A stretch of DNA of 46,234 nucleotides from a virus. Within the stretch, counting starts at the first letter, position 1. Every line of letters starts with the position of its first letter. The translations under genes were made by a program, and so were the position numbers. This document shows positions 1 through 7,655 of this stretch, piece by piece. The notes under the pieces are model-generated. The model searched no databases, had not been told where the DNA came from, and saw nothing but the letters and a program-made list of their open reading frames with translations. Location of the stretch: IMG/VR virus record IMGVR_UViG_3300026529_000001. One strand, 5' to 3'.

Positions 1-99
1 GACGGAGGCGGCTGGACGGATTGTCCCGACAGACTCGGGAGGCCGCCCCCCATCATCCCCCCCATTCCGGTCTGCGCGAATGGGCCGCCCCCACCCCCG
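1..99. repeat. Terminal direct repeat, copy 1 (identical to 46136..46234)
   Basis: First 99 nt (gacggaggcggctggacgg...ccacccccg) recur exactly as the last 99 nt of the window. This implies a circular or terminally redundant replicon of about 46,135 bp, or an assembler overlap. Confidence 0.95.
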
Positions 100-155
100 A
101 ACATCTGCTGGAGAAAGGGGAGCAGCATGAACATCCACGGGTTCATGCCGCCCAT
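1..155 (-). CDS. 5' part of a Gly/Pro/Met-rich virion-module protein that crosses the circular junction (continues in 45844..46234)
   Basis: ATG at 153-155 (alternative ATG at 144-146) is in frame with ORF 45844..46200 through the repeat. It reads MGGMNPWMFMLLPFLQQMFGGGGGPFAQTGMGGMMGGG... Positions 1-99 duplicate 46136-46234. Confidence 0.5.
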   Translation of the reverse strand, partial: MGGMNPWMFMLLPFLQQMFGGGGGPFAQTGMGGMMGGGLPSLSGQSVQPPP

Positions 156-174
156 CCCCTGATTGGATTGCGGA

Positions 175-609
175 TTAATGGCCATGCGTAAGCCTCCTCG
201 TCAGATGCACCCCGACCGGCGTGAACCCGTACCTCCGTGTCAAGAGAGTCGCCACATTGGGAGGGACGGTCGTGCTGATCGCGTCACACTTCGCTTGGAT
301 CGCGATGTCCACCAAGAACTCCGATGCAACCTTGCTCCAACTCGGATGCCCCTTCGTGTACGCCTGAAAGATAAAGAGATGCTTCTCCCCGCGTCCTGGA
401 CCGTGCAACTGCGCCACGATGTAACCAATGGGTTGATCTCCGACATACCCGATGACACAGATCCCGTCCGGGTGCGAGAGGAGACACTCAATATCGGTCG
501 GGAGCAACGGCACATTCAGCACCTCATCGAGCAACCCCGTCATCCGGAGTTCGGCGAGACCCGCACGGCTCCGGTAGCAGGTGAGGGCTATTGGAGATGA
601 TTGAGCCAA
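175..609 (-). CDS. Hypothetical protein, weak GNAT-fold-like acyltransferase resemblance
   Basis: 144-aa ORF with ...IGYIVAQLHGPGRGEKHLFIFQAYTKG... and a C-terminal RRYGFTPVG, as in GNAT beta4-alpha3 and the C-terminal YGF. Motif A is degenerate. Start is uncertain (TTG 609 or ATG 543). Confidence 0.35.
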   Translation of the reverse strand: MAQSSPIALTCYRSRAGLAELRMTGLLDEVLNVPLLPTDIECLLSHPDGICVIGYVGDQPIGYIVAQLHGPGRGEKHLFIFQAYTKGHPSWSKVASEFLVDIAIQAKCDAISTTVPPNVATLLTRRYGFTPVGVHLTRRLTHGH

Positions 610-986
610 ACGATCACGCTCACCTGAGCCGAAGTGGATCCCACAAGTGCTGGGGCTGGCGTCCCAAAGTTAATGGAAAACGATCCGGTCGTCGCATTCG
701 TAATTGACCATGTCGTGAGCCAGTTGGGCGTCACGGTCGCGCTATACACGGTAGCTGTCGTAAGTGGAGGAGAGATGGTTTCCACGAACGCAACGGCCCC
801 GGCTGTGACGTTCTGGTTGACCGCCAACACGTAGTATGGGACCAACCCGTTGTTGATCGTGACGAACACATTGTCGCAGAACGCCTGGAGCGCGCTGTGG
901 AGTTGATTGAAGTAATCTCGGGTTCGTTGGTCGGTAACCTCAACGGGCACCGTGGGAAGCAGGATTGGATCCACATGTTGCGCCAC
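588..986 (-). CDS. Hypothetical virion (tail/fibre-associated) protein
   Basis: 132-aa ORF. GTG start lies 3 nt after the upstream stop. T/S/V/N-rich beta-type composition, positioned among tail genes. Confidence 0.55.
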   Translation of the reverse strand: MAQHVDPILLPTVPVEVTDQRTRDYFNQLHSALQAFCDNVFVTINNGLVPYYVLAVNQNVTAGAVAFVETISPPLTTATVYSATVTPNWLTTWSITNATTGSFSINFGTPAPALVGSTSAQVSVIVWLNHLQ

Positions 987-989
987 GAA

Positions 990-1655
990 TCACACCCGTC
1001 CACGCACTCGATATAGTAGGCTCAGTTGCTTGATGTCGAATGATTCGTTCAGGTTCGAGTTCGCGCCAGTGACGAAGAATCGTTCGCCATAGACCTCGCA
1101 CGGGATGATGATCGACATCGTTGAGGTAAAGGACACCAAGAATGGCCCATACAATGTATAGATCCCATCTCCGATCGAAGCACCAAGCGTCACAGATAGC
1201 GTCCCCATGAGGTTGTCGGCTGTGATCTTGATGCCGAACACCGTGACCGGGACGACCGAGCCGTCCGGCCGGACCGCCAATGGAGTCTTCGCCGTCGTGA
1301 ACGATGACGCGATCGCGAGATTGTTGTAGTCGTTCGCGACCCCTGGCGAGAATTGAAACACGTTCGTCCCGTTCGTGATAAGGATCTTCCGCTGCGATTG
1401 GAGACCGAGTGCCTGCAAGGTGGATGTGTACGCCGAGACCGGGAGCGTCATCTGGCTCACGAGCAGGTTGGTCGTGAACTCGACATACGCCCCGGCCAAG
1501 ATCCCTGTCGCAACAGCGACCGGTTGCGGGATGAGCTCGTCGTCCGCCGAGAACGTCCCACCCAGGCCCCTGAGACTGAGCACGGACGGCACGCCCGTCG
1601 GAACCGGAGGTGGCTGAAGGAGCGCTCCCCAGAGATCCTCTTCGAAAACCGCCAC
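990..1655 (-). CDS. Hypothetical virion structural protein
   Basis: 221-aa ORF starting 3 nt after the upstream stop. Beta-rich T/S/G/V composition. The overlapping 432-aa alternative-frame ORF is Arg/Pro-rich and implausible. Confidence 0.6.
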   Translation of the reverse strand: MAVFEEDLWGALLQPPPVPTGVPSVLSLRGLGGTFSADDELIPQPVAVATGILAGAYVEFTTNLLVSQMTLPVSAYTSTLQALGLQSQRKILITNGTNVFQFSPGVANDYNNLAIASSFTTAKTPLAVRPDGSVVPVTVFGIKITADNLMGTLSVTLGASIGDGIYTLYGPFLVSFTSTMSIIIPCEVYGERFFVTGANSNLNESFDIKQLSLLYRVRGRV

Positions 1656-1658
1656 AAG

Positions 1659-2690
1659 TTATGGGTACGGACCGTCGGGCATCCACTGACCGTCGAGGTA
1701 TGAGTACGCGAAGGTCGTGTCTGGGGTCGCCGCACTCCCGAACGGCACGTTGAGGTACACACGTCCGAGATCCGGCCGGACGAACGAGAATGCGGAATCC
1801 ACGGCCGCATAGTTGAGGTTGCTGAACAATTGCTGGCGAATGGGTTTCCCAATCGGTCGCGCCTGGGTCGAGTCGTTCACGTACACATCGTCCGGGCCGA
1901 GCGCGAACAGTCCAAGGTTCGGGATGCGGACGAGCGTGCGCCGCGCTAACACACCAGGTGTATCGAGCCGGCGGAAGTCGAAGAATACCGGGAGCCCGAT
2001 GAACGAGGTATTGTAGATGCTCCGCTGCTTGTAGATCGCCATCCAGCGACCGAACACGTCGGCCGCTTGGACCTGCTCCTCGGTATCGCTCAGATCGACG
2101 GCACCCGCTTGTCCGGTGTTCCATTTTGTCGCATCGAGGAAATCGCTCCACATCGCCCGGAACCCGTAGAAGACTCCGGCCACTTGGGGACGCATGGCAA
2201 ACAGGTACGACGCGAACGGTCGGAGCGAAGTACACCAATCAGGAGCGCCGTTCCCGGTGATCAGCGAAGCCGTCGCGGCGACCCCGTCCCACGTCATGAT
2301 CGGGTTCGTGAGGTCGGTGACGTAGACCTTATCGTTCCATGTGACGAATTGCGGAGCGACCCCGACCGCAGACGGTGACACCGCCAAGGGAGTAATATCG
2401 AGCCACACGTTCCCTGCCGCGCTGTAGTTGTAGAGTTTCGAGGTGGTTTTCATGAGAAGGAAGGCTTGTCCATTTGATTTCCGGAAGACGAAGATCCCGT
2501 TGGCCGTTCCGACAAACGGTGCCACCGGGCCAAACAATTGATGGCCGTCACGTTTCGAGAGGATCGCTGAGTTGTATTGGAGGTTCTTTCCGTCCGCAAG
2601 GAAGTGCTTCGGAAGCATCTCCCCGTCGAGGTCGGTATTCAGGCCGCCAATGAACGAGTCGAACTTGAATTCTGAGTAGGTGCTCGGCAT
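1659..2690 (-). CDS. Putative tail structural protein (beta-propeller-like)
   Basis: 343-aa ORF coupled to the upstream gene by TGATG. The N-terminal FIGGLNTD...G.NL.Y pattern recalls podovirus tail/nozzle-type proteins. This is recognition by eye only. Confidence 0.5.
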   Translation of the reverse strand: MPSTYSEFKFDSFIGGLNTDLDGEMLPKHFLADGKNLQYNSAILSKRDGHQLFGPVAPFVGTANGIFVFRKSNGQAFLLMKTTSKLYNYSAAGNVWLDITPLAVSPSAVGVAPQFVTWNDKVYVTDLTNPIMTWDGVAATASLITGNGAPDWCTSLRPFASYLFAMRPQVAGVFYGFRAMWSDFLDATKWNTGQAGAVDLSDTEEQVQAADVFGRWMAIYKQRSIYNTSFIGLPVFFDFRRLDTPGVLARRTLVRIPNLGLFALGPDDVYVNDSTQARPIGKPIRQQLFSNLNYAAVDSAFSFVRPDLGRVYLNVPFGSAATPDTTFAYSYLDGQWMPDGPYP

Positions 2691-3637
2691 CAGTAATACT
2701 CGATCACGATACAGACACCATCGGCACCGTTTCCGCCTGTCCCACTGTTTCCAGCCCCACCCCCACCCGACCCACTATTCGCCGTTGCATTACCTGCTGG
2801 AGCGGCAGAACTGGCGATTCCGGCCCCGCCGAATACGGATGATCCACCATTGGCACCAACCGATGCCGTTCCTGATCCGCCTCCAGGGTTACCGGCAATG
2901 TTGAGGTCGCCTCCAGTTCCTGCGGTTCCTCCCGCACCACCAGCGGCGGGACCTGCCACAGCACCCGCACCACCGCCAACGCTCGTGATGACCGATCCGA
3001 ATGCGCTCGCGCCGCCGTTCACACCAGGATTCCCGCCCGCTCCGCCCGCACCAATCGTGACGGCGTACGTTGTCACGGGTACGGCGATCAATTTCTCGGA
3101 GTACGCACCGCTCCCCCCACCCTCACCTGCCGCGGCTGCTCCAGCAGAGAGTCCACCGCCACCCCCGCCAACGATCCGCACCCAAATCGCACGGGCATTG
3201 AGTGCGGTCGTGTACGTTCCGGTCGCCGTGATCTTTTGAACGGTAGGGGCTTTCAAGGTCGAGGAGTTTCCACTCGCCGAGATTTGCCCGGTAATGGTGG
3301 CGGTACTCGCGGTGATCGGGCCGGTGATCGTCGCCGACCCGGCTAAGGTCGCGTTCCCCGCTGACGTGACCGAGATAACCGCCGCGCCCCAGGAGATCGT
3401 CCCTCCTGCTGAGACACTTGCGGTGTAGTATTCGTTCATCGACCCATCGACGGATTTCAACTGGATCGCCCGCGCAGGAGCGATCGCCTTCGCCTGCCAC
3501 ACGCCACCGACAAGGACGGCGTTGACCGTCACCCACACCTCTTCGGTCGGTGATCCGGCGTTCAACTGCCAGACGTGCCCAGCGGCCGCATCGAGGATGT
3601 TGGGATTGGTCGAGTCCTCGATGGCGTTCACGGCCAA
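2690..3637 (-). CDS. Tail fibre protein with C-terminal glycine-rich domain
   Basis: 315-aa ORF. The C-terminal half is GGGGGG/GxGG-rich (...IVGGGGGGLSAGAAAAGEGGGSGAY...GGNGADGVCIVIEYY), typical of phage glycine-rich fibre domains. It has a TTG start and no SD, and is in frame with the upstream gene across a single TAG. Confidence 0.7.
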   Translation of the reverse strand: MAVNAIEDSTNPNILDAAAGHVWQLNAGSPTEEVWVTVNAVLVGGVWQAKAIAPARAIQLKSVDGSMNEYYTASVSAGGTISWGAAVISVTSAGNATLAGSATITGPITASTATITGQISASGNSSTLKAPTVQKITATGTYTTALNARAIWVRIVGGGGGGLSAGAAAAGEGGGSGAYSEKLIAVPVTTYAVTIGAGGAGGNPGVNGGASAFGSVITSVGGGAGAVAGPAAGGAGGTAGTGGDLNIAGNPGGGSGTASVGANGGSSVFGGAGIASSAAPAGNATANSGSGGGGAGNSGTGGNGADGVCIVIEYY

Positions 3638-3688
3638 GTCGGTACCAACGGGAATATGGAGACCGTACGGAGTGTTAGACGGGATAGT

Positions 3689-4435
3689 CTACCCCCAGAG
3701 TTGCGCGGTTAGGTCCCCTTCAGCGACTTCCTCTTCCCTCAACGTCCGGAGCACCTGGCGGATCTTGGCTCCTGCTAGACCCCCGGGCATCGCCCCCGGA
3801 TCGTTCCCCGGAGGACCCGTATAGAGTTGGAGGAGCTGGTCCTCCTGAAGCCATGCGGCGGCTTCCCCGCACGCGAGATACGTGACCGCATCGTCCGCAT
3901 TGATCGTGAACCAGTTGGTATCAGCGGCATTCACAAGTGCCGGCAACGTCTGCACGTAATCGAGCACGAACGTATACGACAGATCCGGCGTAGGACCGAG
4001 ATTGATCTGGTTGTTGAAGATGACGAACGCTCGCGGGGGACCCGGTAACGGCGCGCCTGGCACCGTCGCCGTTGTGGTCCCAATGGTAAAGATCGGTGGG
4101 AAATCCCGATGGAAGCTCCGGATGTCCGTGTACCGTTTCAAGGGTGCCGCGGCCGTCCCCGACAACCCCGCACTCGACGCCCACAGGTCGTACTCGTACC
4201 GCATCGGCGGAGCGATTGTCGTGATGTTGTACGGGTGATTCGACGGCCCGATCGTGAACGAGGTCGTCACTTCCACCGCCTGCTTGATGACGATGAACCG
4301 CTGGATCGCCGTCAGGGCAAAGTTCACAAACGCAGGGACGGCGGTTGTCGTCACGTCCGTCCCATCGGGGGCGTAGAAGACGTTCCGCTTGAGGAGGTTC
4401 CTTACGCGTTCTTGGATCGCGCCGAACGTTGCCAT
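3689..4435 (-). CDS. Putative head-tail adaptor / virion structural protein
   Basis: 248-aa ORF. Its ATG directly abuts the upstream TAG. It lies between the head-associated small proteins and the fibre gene. The adaptor role is a positional guess. Confidence 0.4.
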   Translation of the reverse strand: MATFGAIQERVRNLLKRNVFYAPDGTDVTTTAVPAFVNFALTAIQRFIVIKQAVEVTTSFTIGPSNHPYNITTIAPPMRYEYDLWASSAGLSGTAAAPLKRYTDIRSFHRDFPPIFTIGTTTATVPGAPLPGPPRAFVIFNNQINLGPTPDLSYTFVLDYVQTLPALVNAADTNWFTINADDAVTYLACGEAAAWLQEDQLLQLYTGPPGNDPGAMPGGLAGAKIRQVLRTLREEEVAEGDLTAQLWG

Positions 4436-4606
4436 CTAGCCGTAGCGCTTCTTCCCCTTCTTCCGCGATTGGTTCAGCGCAATGGCGATGGCCTGCTTGC
4501 GGTTCGTGACCTTCTTACCAGTCTTCGAGCCGCTGTGGAGCGTACCGCCTTGGAACTCTTTCATGACCTTGTGGATCTTACTCTTCGCCTTGCTCCCCCG
4601 CGCCAC
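4436..4606 (-). CDS. Small basic protein (DUF6496-like, ...KVMKEFQGGTLHSGSKTGKKVTNRKQAIAIAL...)
   Basis: 56 codons, below the ORF-track cutoff. GTG start at 4604-4606 follows AAGGTGAAG by 5 nt. The HSGS...KV..RKQAIAIAL signature is recognisable as a widespread small basic protein family. Confidence 0.55.
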   Translation of the reverse strand: MARGSKAKSKIHKVMKEFQGGTLHSGSKTGKKVTNRKQAIAIALNQSRKKGKKRYG

Positions 4607-4607
4607 G

Positions 4608-4868
4608 CTACTTCACCTTGCCGCTCCCCAACCGGCTCGGGGTGTGCTTCCCCTTCCCACCGCCCGCCTTATCCCCGCGTCCGCTCTTCGTCGCCGGATA
4701 CCCGTGCTGAACGGGGTTCGGTTGCGAGGACGCCGACGCCGCATATTCGCTGTCGTGGCTGTGCGGGGTGTGAATGTGCGTGGCCGACCCGGTACTCTTG
4801 GGCGTGTGATGCCCGTGCCCGATCCCGAGCGGCTCAGCCCCGTGCTGGGCTACCTTCTTCGTGGCCAT
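4608..4868 (-). CDS. Small His/Gly/Lys-rich protein
   Basis: ATG at 4868 has GGAGG 9 nt upstream. Sequence is MATKKVAQHGAEPLGIGHGHHTPKSTGSATHIHTPHSHD...GGGKGKHTPSRLGSGKVK. Its stop overlaps the SD of the next gene. Confidence 0.5.
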   Translation of the reverse strand: MATKKVAQHGAEPLGIGHGHHTPKSTGSATHIHTPHSHDSEYAASASSQPNPVQHGYPATKSGRGDKAGGGKGKHTPSRLGSGKVK

Positions 4869-5196
4869 GAGTCTCGCCTCCATGCTTCATGCGATTGTGG
4901 TTCCGGAGCAACCCTGCGGTACGGAATGCTTTGTCACAGTCCGAGCAGTAGTGGATCTCCTCGACCTTCGGAACGGGCGAGAAATCCTTCGGGACTTCTC
5001 CGTGCGCCGGACCCGAGAGATCCCCGTCCATGATGAACCGGGGGTAGAGATTCGAGAGCGAGCGGATAAACTGCGCGCCCTCGTCGTCGGTGTCGAGTGC
5101 GCCGTCCTTGAACTGATACGGACGGTTCGTCCGATGATCCCACACCCGATACTGAGGCCAGCGGTTACAGATGAACCGATGACTAATGACTTCCAT
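4834..5196 (-). CDS. Protein with a classical C2H2 zinc finger
   Basis: ATG at 5196 is preceded by GGAGGAGGACAAGGT. The C-terminus YCSDCDKAFRTAGLLRNHNRMKH fits C-x2-C-x3-F-x5-L-x2-H-x4-H. Confidence 0.6.
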   Translation of the reverse strand: MEVISHRFICNRWPQYRVWDHRTNRPYQFKDGALDTDDEGAQFIRSLSNLYPRFIMDGDLSGPAHGEVPKDFSPVPKVEEIHYCSDCDKAFRTAGLLRNHNRMKHGGETHGHEEGSPARG

Positions 5197-5377
5197 ACCT
5201 TGTCCTCCTCCATTCAATGTATGCCTTCCATGCCTTGCCAGCGCATTTCGGAGAACAAGTGGTTTGCGAAGATTCACCGCGACCATCAGAATGCGGATAG
5301 ACCCAACAACAAGCAAGGTGGATCATCTGACCGCAAAAACATCGACCGGCATTCGTGCTGACGAACAGATATGACAT
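5183..5377 (-). CDS. Small Cys-rich protein
   Basis: 64-aa ORF. ATG lies 3 nt after the upstream TGA with a strong SD (AAGAGGTGAG). Seven Cys (GRCFCGQMIHLACCW...TTCSPKCAG). Visibly lower G+C. Confidence 0.45.
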   Translation of the reverse strand: MSYLFVSTNAGRCFCGQMIHLACCWVYPHSDGRGESSQTTCSPKCAGKAWKAYIEWRRTRYGSH

Positions 5378-5380
5378 TAC

Positions 5381-5752
5381 TCACCTCTTATCCGAGTAGA
5401 TCCACGCGATCCCCCAGTTGTCGTTCGCGTTGATCGTCGTCACGTTGATCCGGAGCGCGTGGATGTGCCCCGCCTGATAGAGATACGGGGCCGCGGCCGT
5501 GAGCACGCCGACCTTCACGAACACGTTCGACAATCCGGCCGTCACATCCGCTTTGTAGGCGGGGTCCACCGTGTATTCGACGTTAATGTTCGCGGTCGTC
5601 CCGATCGTCCCGAACACCTGGAATGTCGCGTCGAACACCCCCGCGCAGAGGAGGACCGTGGTGACATTTGCCGGCGCGGGGAGCCCAGTGAGGACCTGGA
5701 CCCCCGTCGTCGCCGTGGTCGCTTTGATCAGGATCGCGTTGAACGTGCTCAT
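5381..5752 (-). CDS. Hypothetical head-module protein
   Basis: 123-aa beta-rich ORF starting 3 nt after the upstream stop. Confidence 0.55.
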   Translation of the reverse strand: MSTFNAILIKATTATTGVQVLTGLPAPANVTTVLLCAGVFDATFQVFGTIGTTANINVEYTVDPAYKADVTAGLSNVFVKVGVLTAAAPYLYQAGHIHALRINVTTINANDNWGIAWIYSDKR

Positions 5753-5755
5753 GGG

Positions 5756-6082
5756 TCAGTACCCGAAGACCATGAATTTGATCACGTTCCCCGTGGTGAA
5801 GGCTGTGCTGTTCCCTGCCCCCAACTCGACCCCTGCCTGGTAGAGCCGGATCGTCGAGCTCGACACATCGAACCCCGCGACAAGCGTTACCGCCCCCGAG
5901 GTCGCCATCGCGAACATCCCTCGGATCAATACCGGCAGTTGGAGCGTGGCCGTGCTGACCGGGATACCGTTCGTTTGATAGGTGGTCGTATCCCCGGTCA
6001 TCGTGATGTAGCGGACCCGATCCCACCCACCCCCACCTTTCTGGGCGAGTTGCGCGTTCCGGTCAACCGTGAATGCTGGCAT
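5756..6082 (-). CDS. ~110-aa head-module paralog, copy 3 (candidate decoration/cement protein)
   Basis: Strong SD (TAGGAGGT, 8 nt upstream). Shares TGD-x-(S/T)Y...G, LR(V/L)Y and the C-terminal (V/F)(F/L)G(Y/F) end with ORFs 11657..11989 and 12208..12549. Confidence 0.65.
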   Translation of the reverse strand: MPAFTVDRNAQLAQKGGGGWDRVRYITMTGDTTTYQTNGIPVSTATLQLPVLIRGMFAMATSGAVTLVAGFDVSSSTIRLYQAGVELGAGNSTAFTTGNVIKFMVFGY

Positions 6083-6095
6083 GATTGGCTACCTC

Positions 6096-6599
6096 CTAAG
6101 ATACAGCCAAGTGCTCTGCATGCCCAAGGGCTTTGCGGACATGATTCTTCTTGTGGGGCGAGAGAAATGTGAAAATCGTGTAGAGCAACCCGCGTGCGCG
6201 AGGACCGCTCAGTTGCCATTGAAAATACATTCTCGTGCTTGGGTGTCGATAGATTCCGACGCGACCCCCAAAAAGCATTTGGAGACGATCGAGAATCCAT
6301 CGATGTTTTTGTCCTACGTGCACGCGTTCATATCCCTTTTGGCTTTTGGCGATGCACCCTTCTCCTTCAATAATCCCTGCCGCCCAAGCAATATCAAGCA
6401 TGGTTGGAGAAATTGAAGGAGCACGATCCGAAGCCATTCTGCCGAATTTCCCAACAGAACGACCACCACCCGCACGACAATCCTCGGATGTCAGTCGATG
6501 CTCATGTCCTTTCATTCTTGCTGCGATCATCTGCTTTCGCTGTCCAGACGTGAACTGTGCCCAGAACCTAAGCGCCGACTGCCTGTTTGTATCGCTCAT
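6096..6599 (-). CDS. Free-standing LAGLIDADG homing endonuclease (single-motif type)
   Basis: The motif LDIAWAAGIIEGEGCI matches a LAGLIDADG helix. ATG at 6599 follows GGGGGTGAG. The TAG stop lies inside the SD of the next gene. Low-G+C island between the capsid stop (6651) and the next gene. Confidence 0.75.
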   Translation of the reverse strand: MSDTNRQSALRFWAQFTSGQRKQMIAARMKGHEHRLTSEDCRAGGGRSVGKFGRMASDRAPSISPTMLDIAWAAGIIEGEGCIAKSQKGYERVHVGQKHRWILDRLQMLFGGRVGIYRHPSTRMYFQWQLSGPRARGLLYTIFTFLSPHKKNHVRKALGHAEHLAVS

Positions 6600-6650
6600 C
6601 GTTCTCACCCCCACCCAATATCAACACATTAGGCGGAGAAAGTAAATAAC

Positions 6651-7655
6651 TTAAGCGGTATATGCCTTCATGTTCTTTAATAATGCATGCGTCTGTTCAT
6701 GGTGCACTTCTAGCCCCGCCTCCGTGAGGAATTGATCGATCCGCACGTCATCCCCGGGGTTCTGCACGTTCTCTTGGAGGGCCGTGTCCCGGAGCGGGCG
6801 GTACTTGAGCCGGTCGAGATCAAGTACGACCCCCCAACTCTGGAACGTCGGGTTCGTACTGAGGAGCGGATGCTTGTAGATGAAAAACGTGCCGAACGGC
6901 GTCCCGTACTCCATCAACCGATACCCGTACGTCTCATCGAGCGGGACGGTGTTCATCGTGTTTTTGTTCTTCGCCATCTGGTTCAGCACGTTGATCGCGA
7001 CCCCACCGGCCAGCAGGAGCTTCTCGTCCGACCCGAACCGGAAGATCTGCTCCAGCGTGTTATCCCACGTCGCTTCCGTGACCGTCCCCGCGAAGTCGGT
7101 GATGTTCGTCGAGATGAAGTTCATGACCCCCTGGGTCGTCCGCTGCGCCTGCCCGTTCGTCCCGGTCGTCGAGATCCGCTGCCCGAAGATGAACGCCTTC
7201 TCCATCTCAACCGAGTGGTCGCGGAGCGCCCGAATCCGGGATTGCGTGTACGGGTCGCCGGTCCGGAGATACGTCTTGAGCGCCGTCCCGGTCAAACTGA
7301 AGGACGTTTTGAAGATCTGCGTGTAATTGAACGGGGCGCTCGGCTGCCACTGAATGCTCGTGGCATACCCCGCCCCTTCCGCGAACGCTGATCCCACGAT
7401 CACCAGCGCATCAGTCGAGGCAATCGACGCCGCCGCGACCGACCCAAATCCGCGCACGACGGTCAATGTCGACACCCCATCGAACGCGGTCACGAGCATC
7501 GTCTCCAAGGTCTGCTCGTCCATGAGCACATGCCCCGGCTTGAAGATCACGAGATCCGTGACGTTCGTGCCGGTCGCCACCACGATGGAGGTCGCGGCTG
7601 CGCTATAGCTGGTCGAGACGAATACCCTTTGAACTGGAGTGGCTTCTTCGAACCA
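6651..7655 (-). CDS. Major capsid protein, exon 2 (HK97-fold family)
   Basis: The capsid frame is open upstream of the tracked GTG (7583) and reads WFEEATPVQRVFVSTSYSAAATSIVVATGTN... The body contains ...NYTQIFKTSF...RDHSVEMEKAFIFGQR...GLEVHHEQTHALL, typical of this capsid family. It lies downstream of portal and scaffold. Confidence 0.85.
   Translation of the reverse strand, partial: WFEEATPVQRVFVSTSYSAAATSIVVATGTNVTDLVIFKPGHVLMDEQTLETMLVTAFDGVSTLTVVRGFGSVAAASIASTDALVIVGSAFAEGAGYATSIQWQPSAPFNYTQIFKTSFSLTGTALKTYLRTGDPYTQSRIRALRDHSVEMEKAFIFGQRISTTGTNGQAQRTTQGVMNFISTNITDFAGTVTEATWDNTLEQIFRFGSDEKLLLAGGVAINVLNQMAKNKNTMNTVPLDETYGYRLMEYGTPFGTFFIYKHPLLSTNPTFQSWGVVLDLDRLKYRPLRDTALQENVQNPGDDVRIDQFLTEAGLEVHHEQTHALLKNMKAYTA

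Noticed and set aside
940-2238. 432-aa minus-strand ORF overlapping three tail-gene ORFs
   Set aside because: Arg/Pro/Gly-rich, off-frame-type composition. It overlaps ORFs that have protein-like sequence and stop-start coupling. This is a typical high-G+C shadow ORF.
3689-3691. Genome-wide TAG reassignment (stop-codon recoding)
   Set aside because: TAG ends many well-delimited genes that are followed at once by an SD or start (scaffold 8579, LAGLIDADG 6096, small genes 4436 and 4608). No other gene is interrupted by an in-frame TAG.
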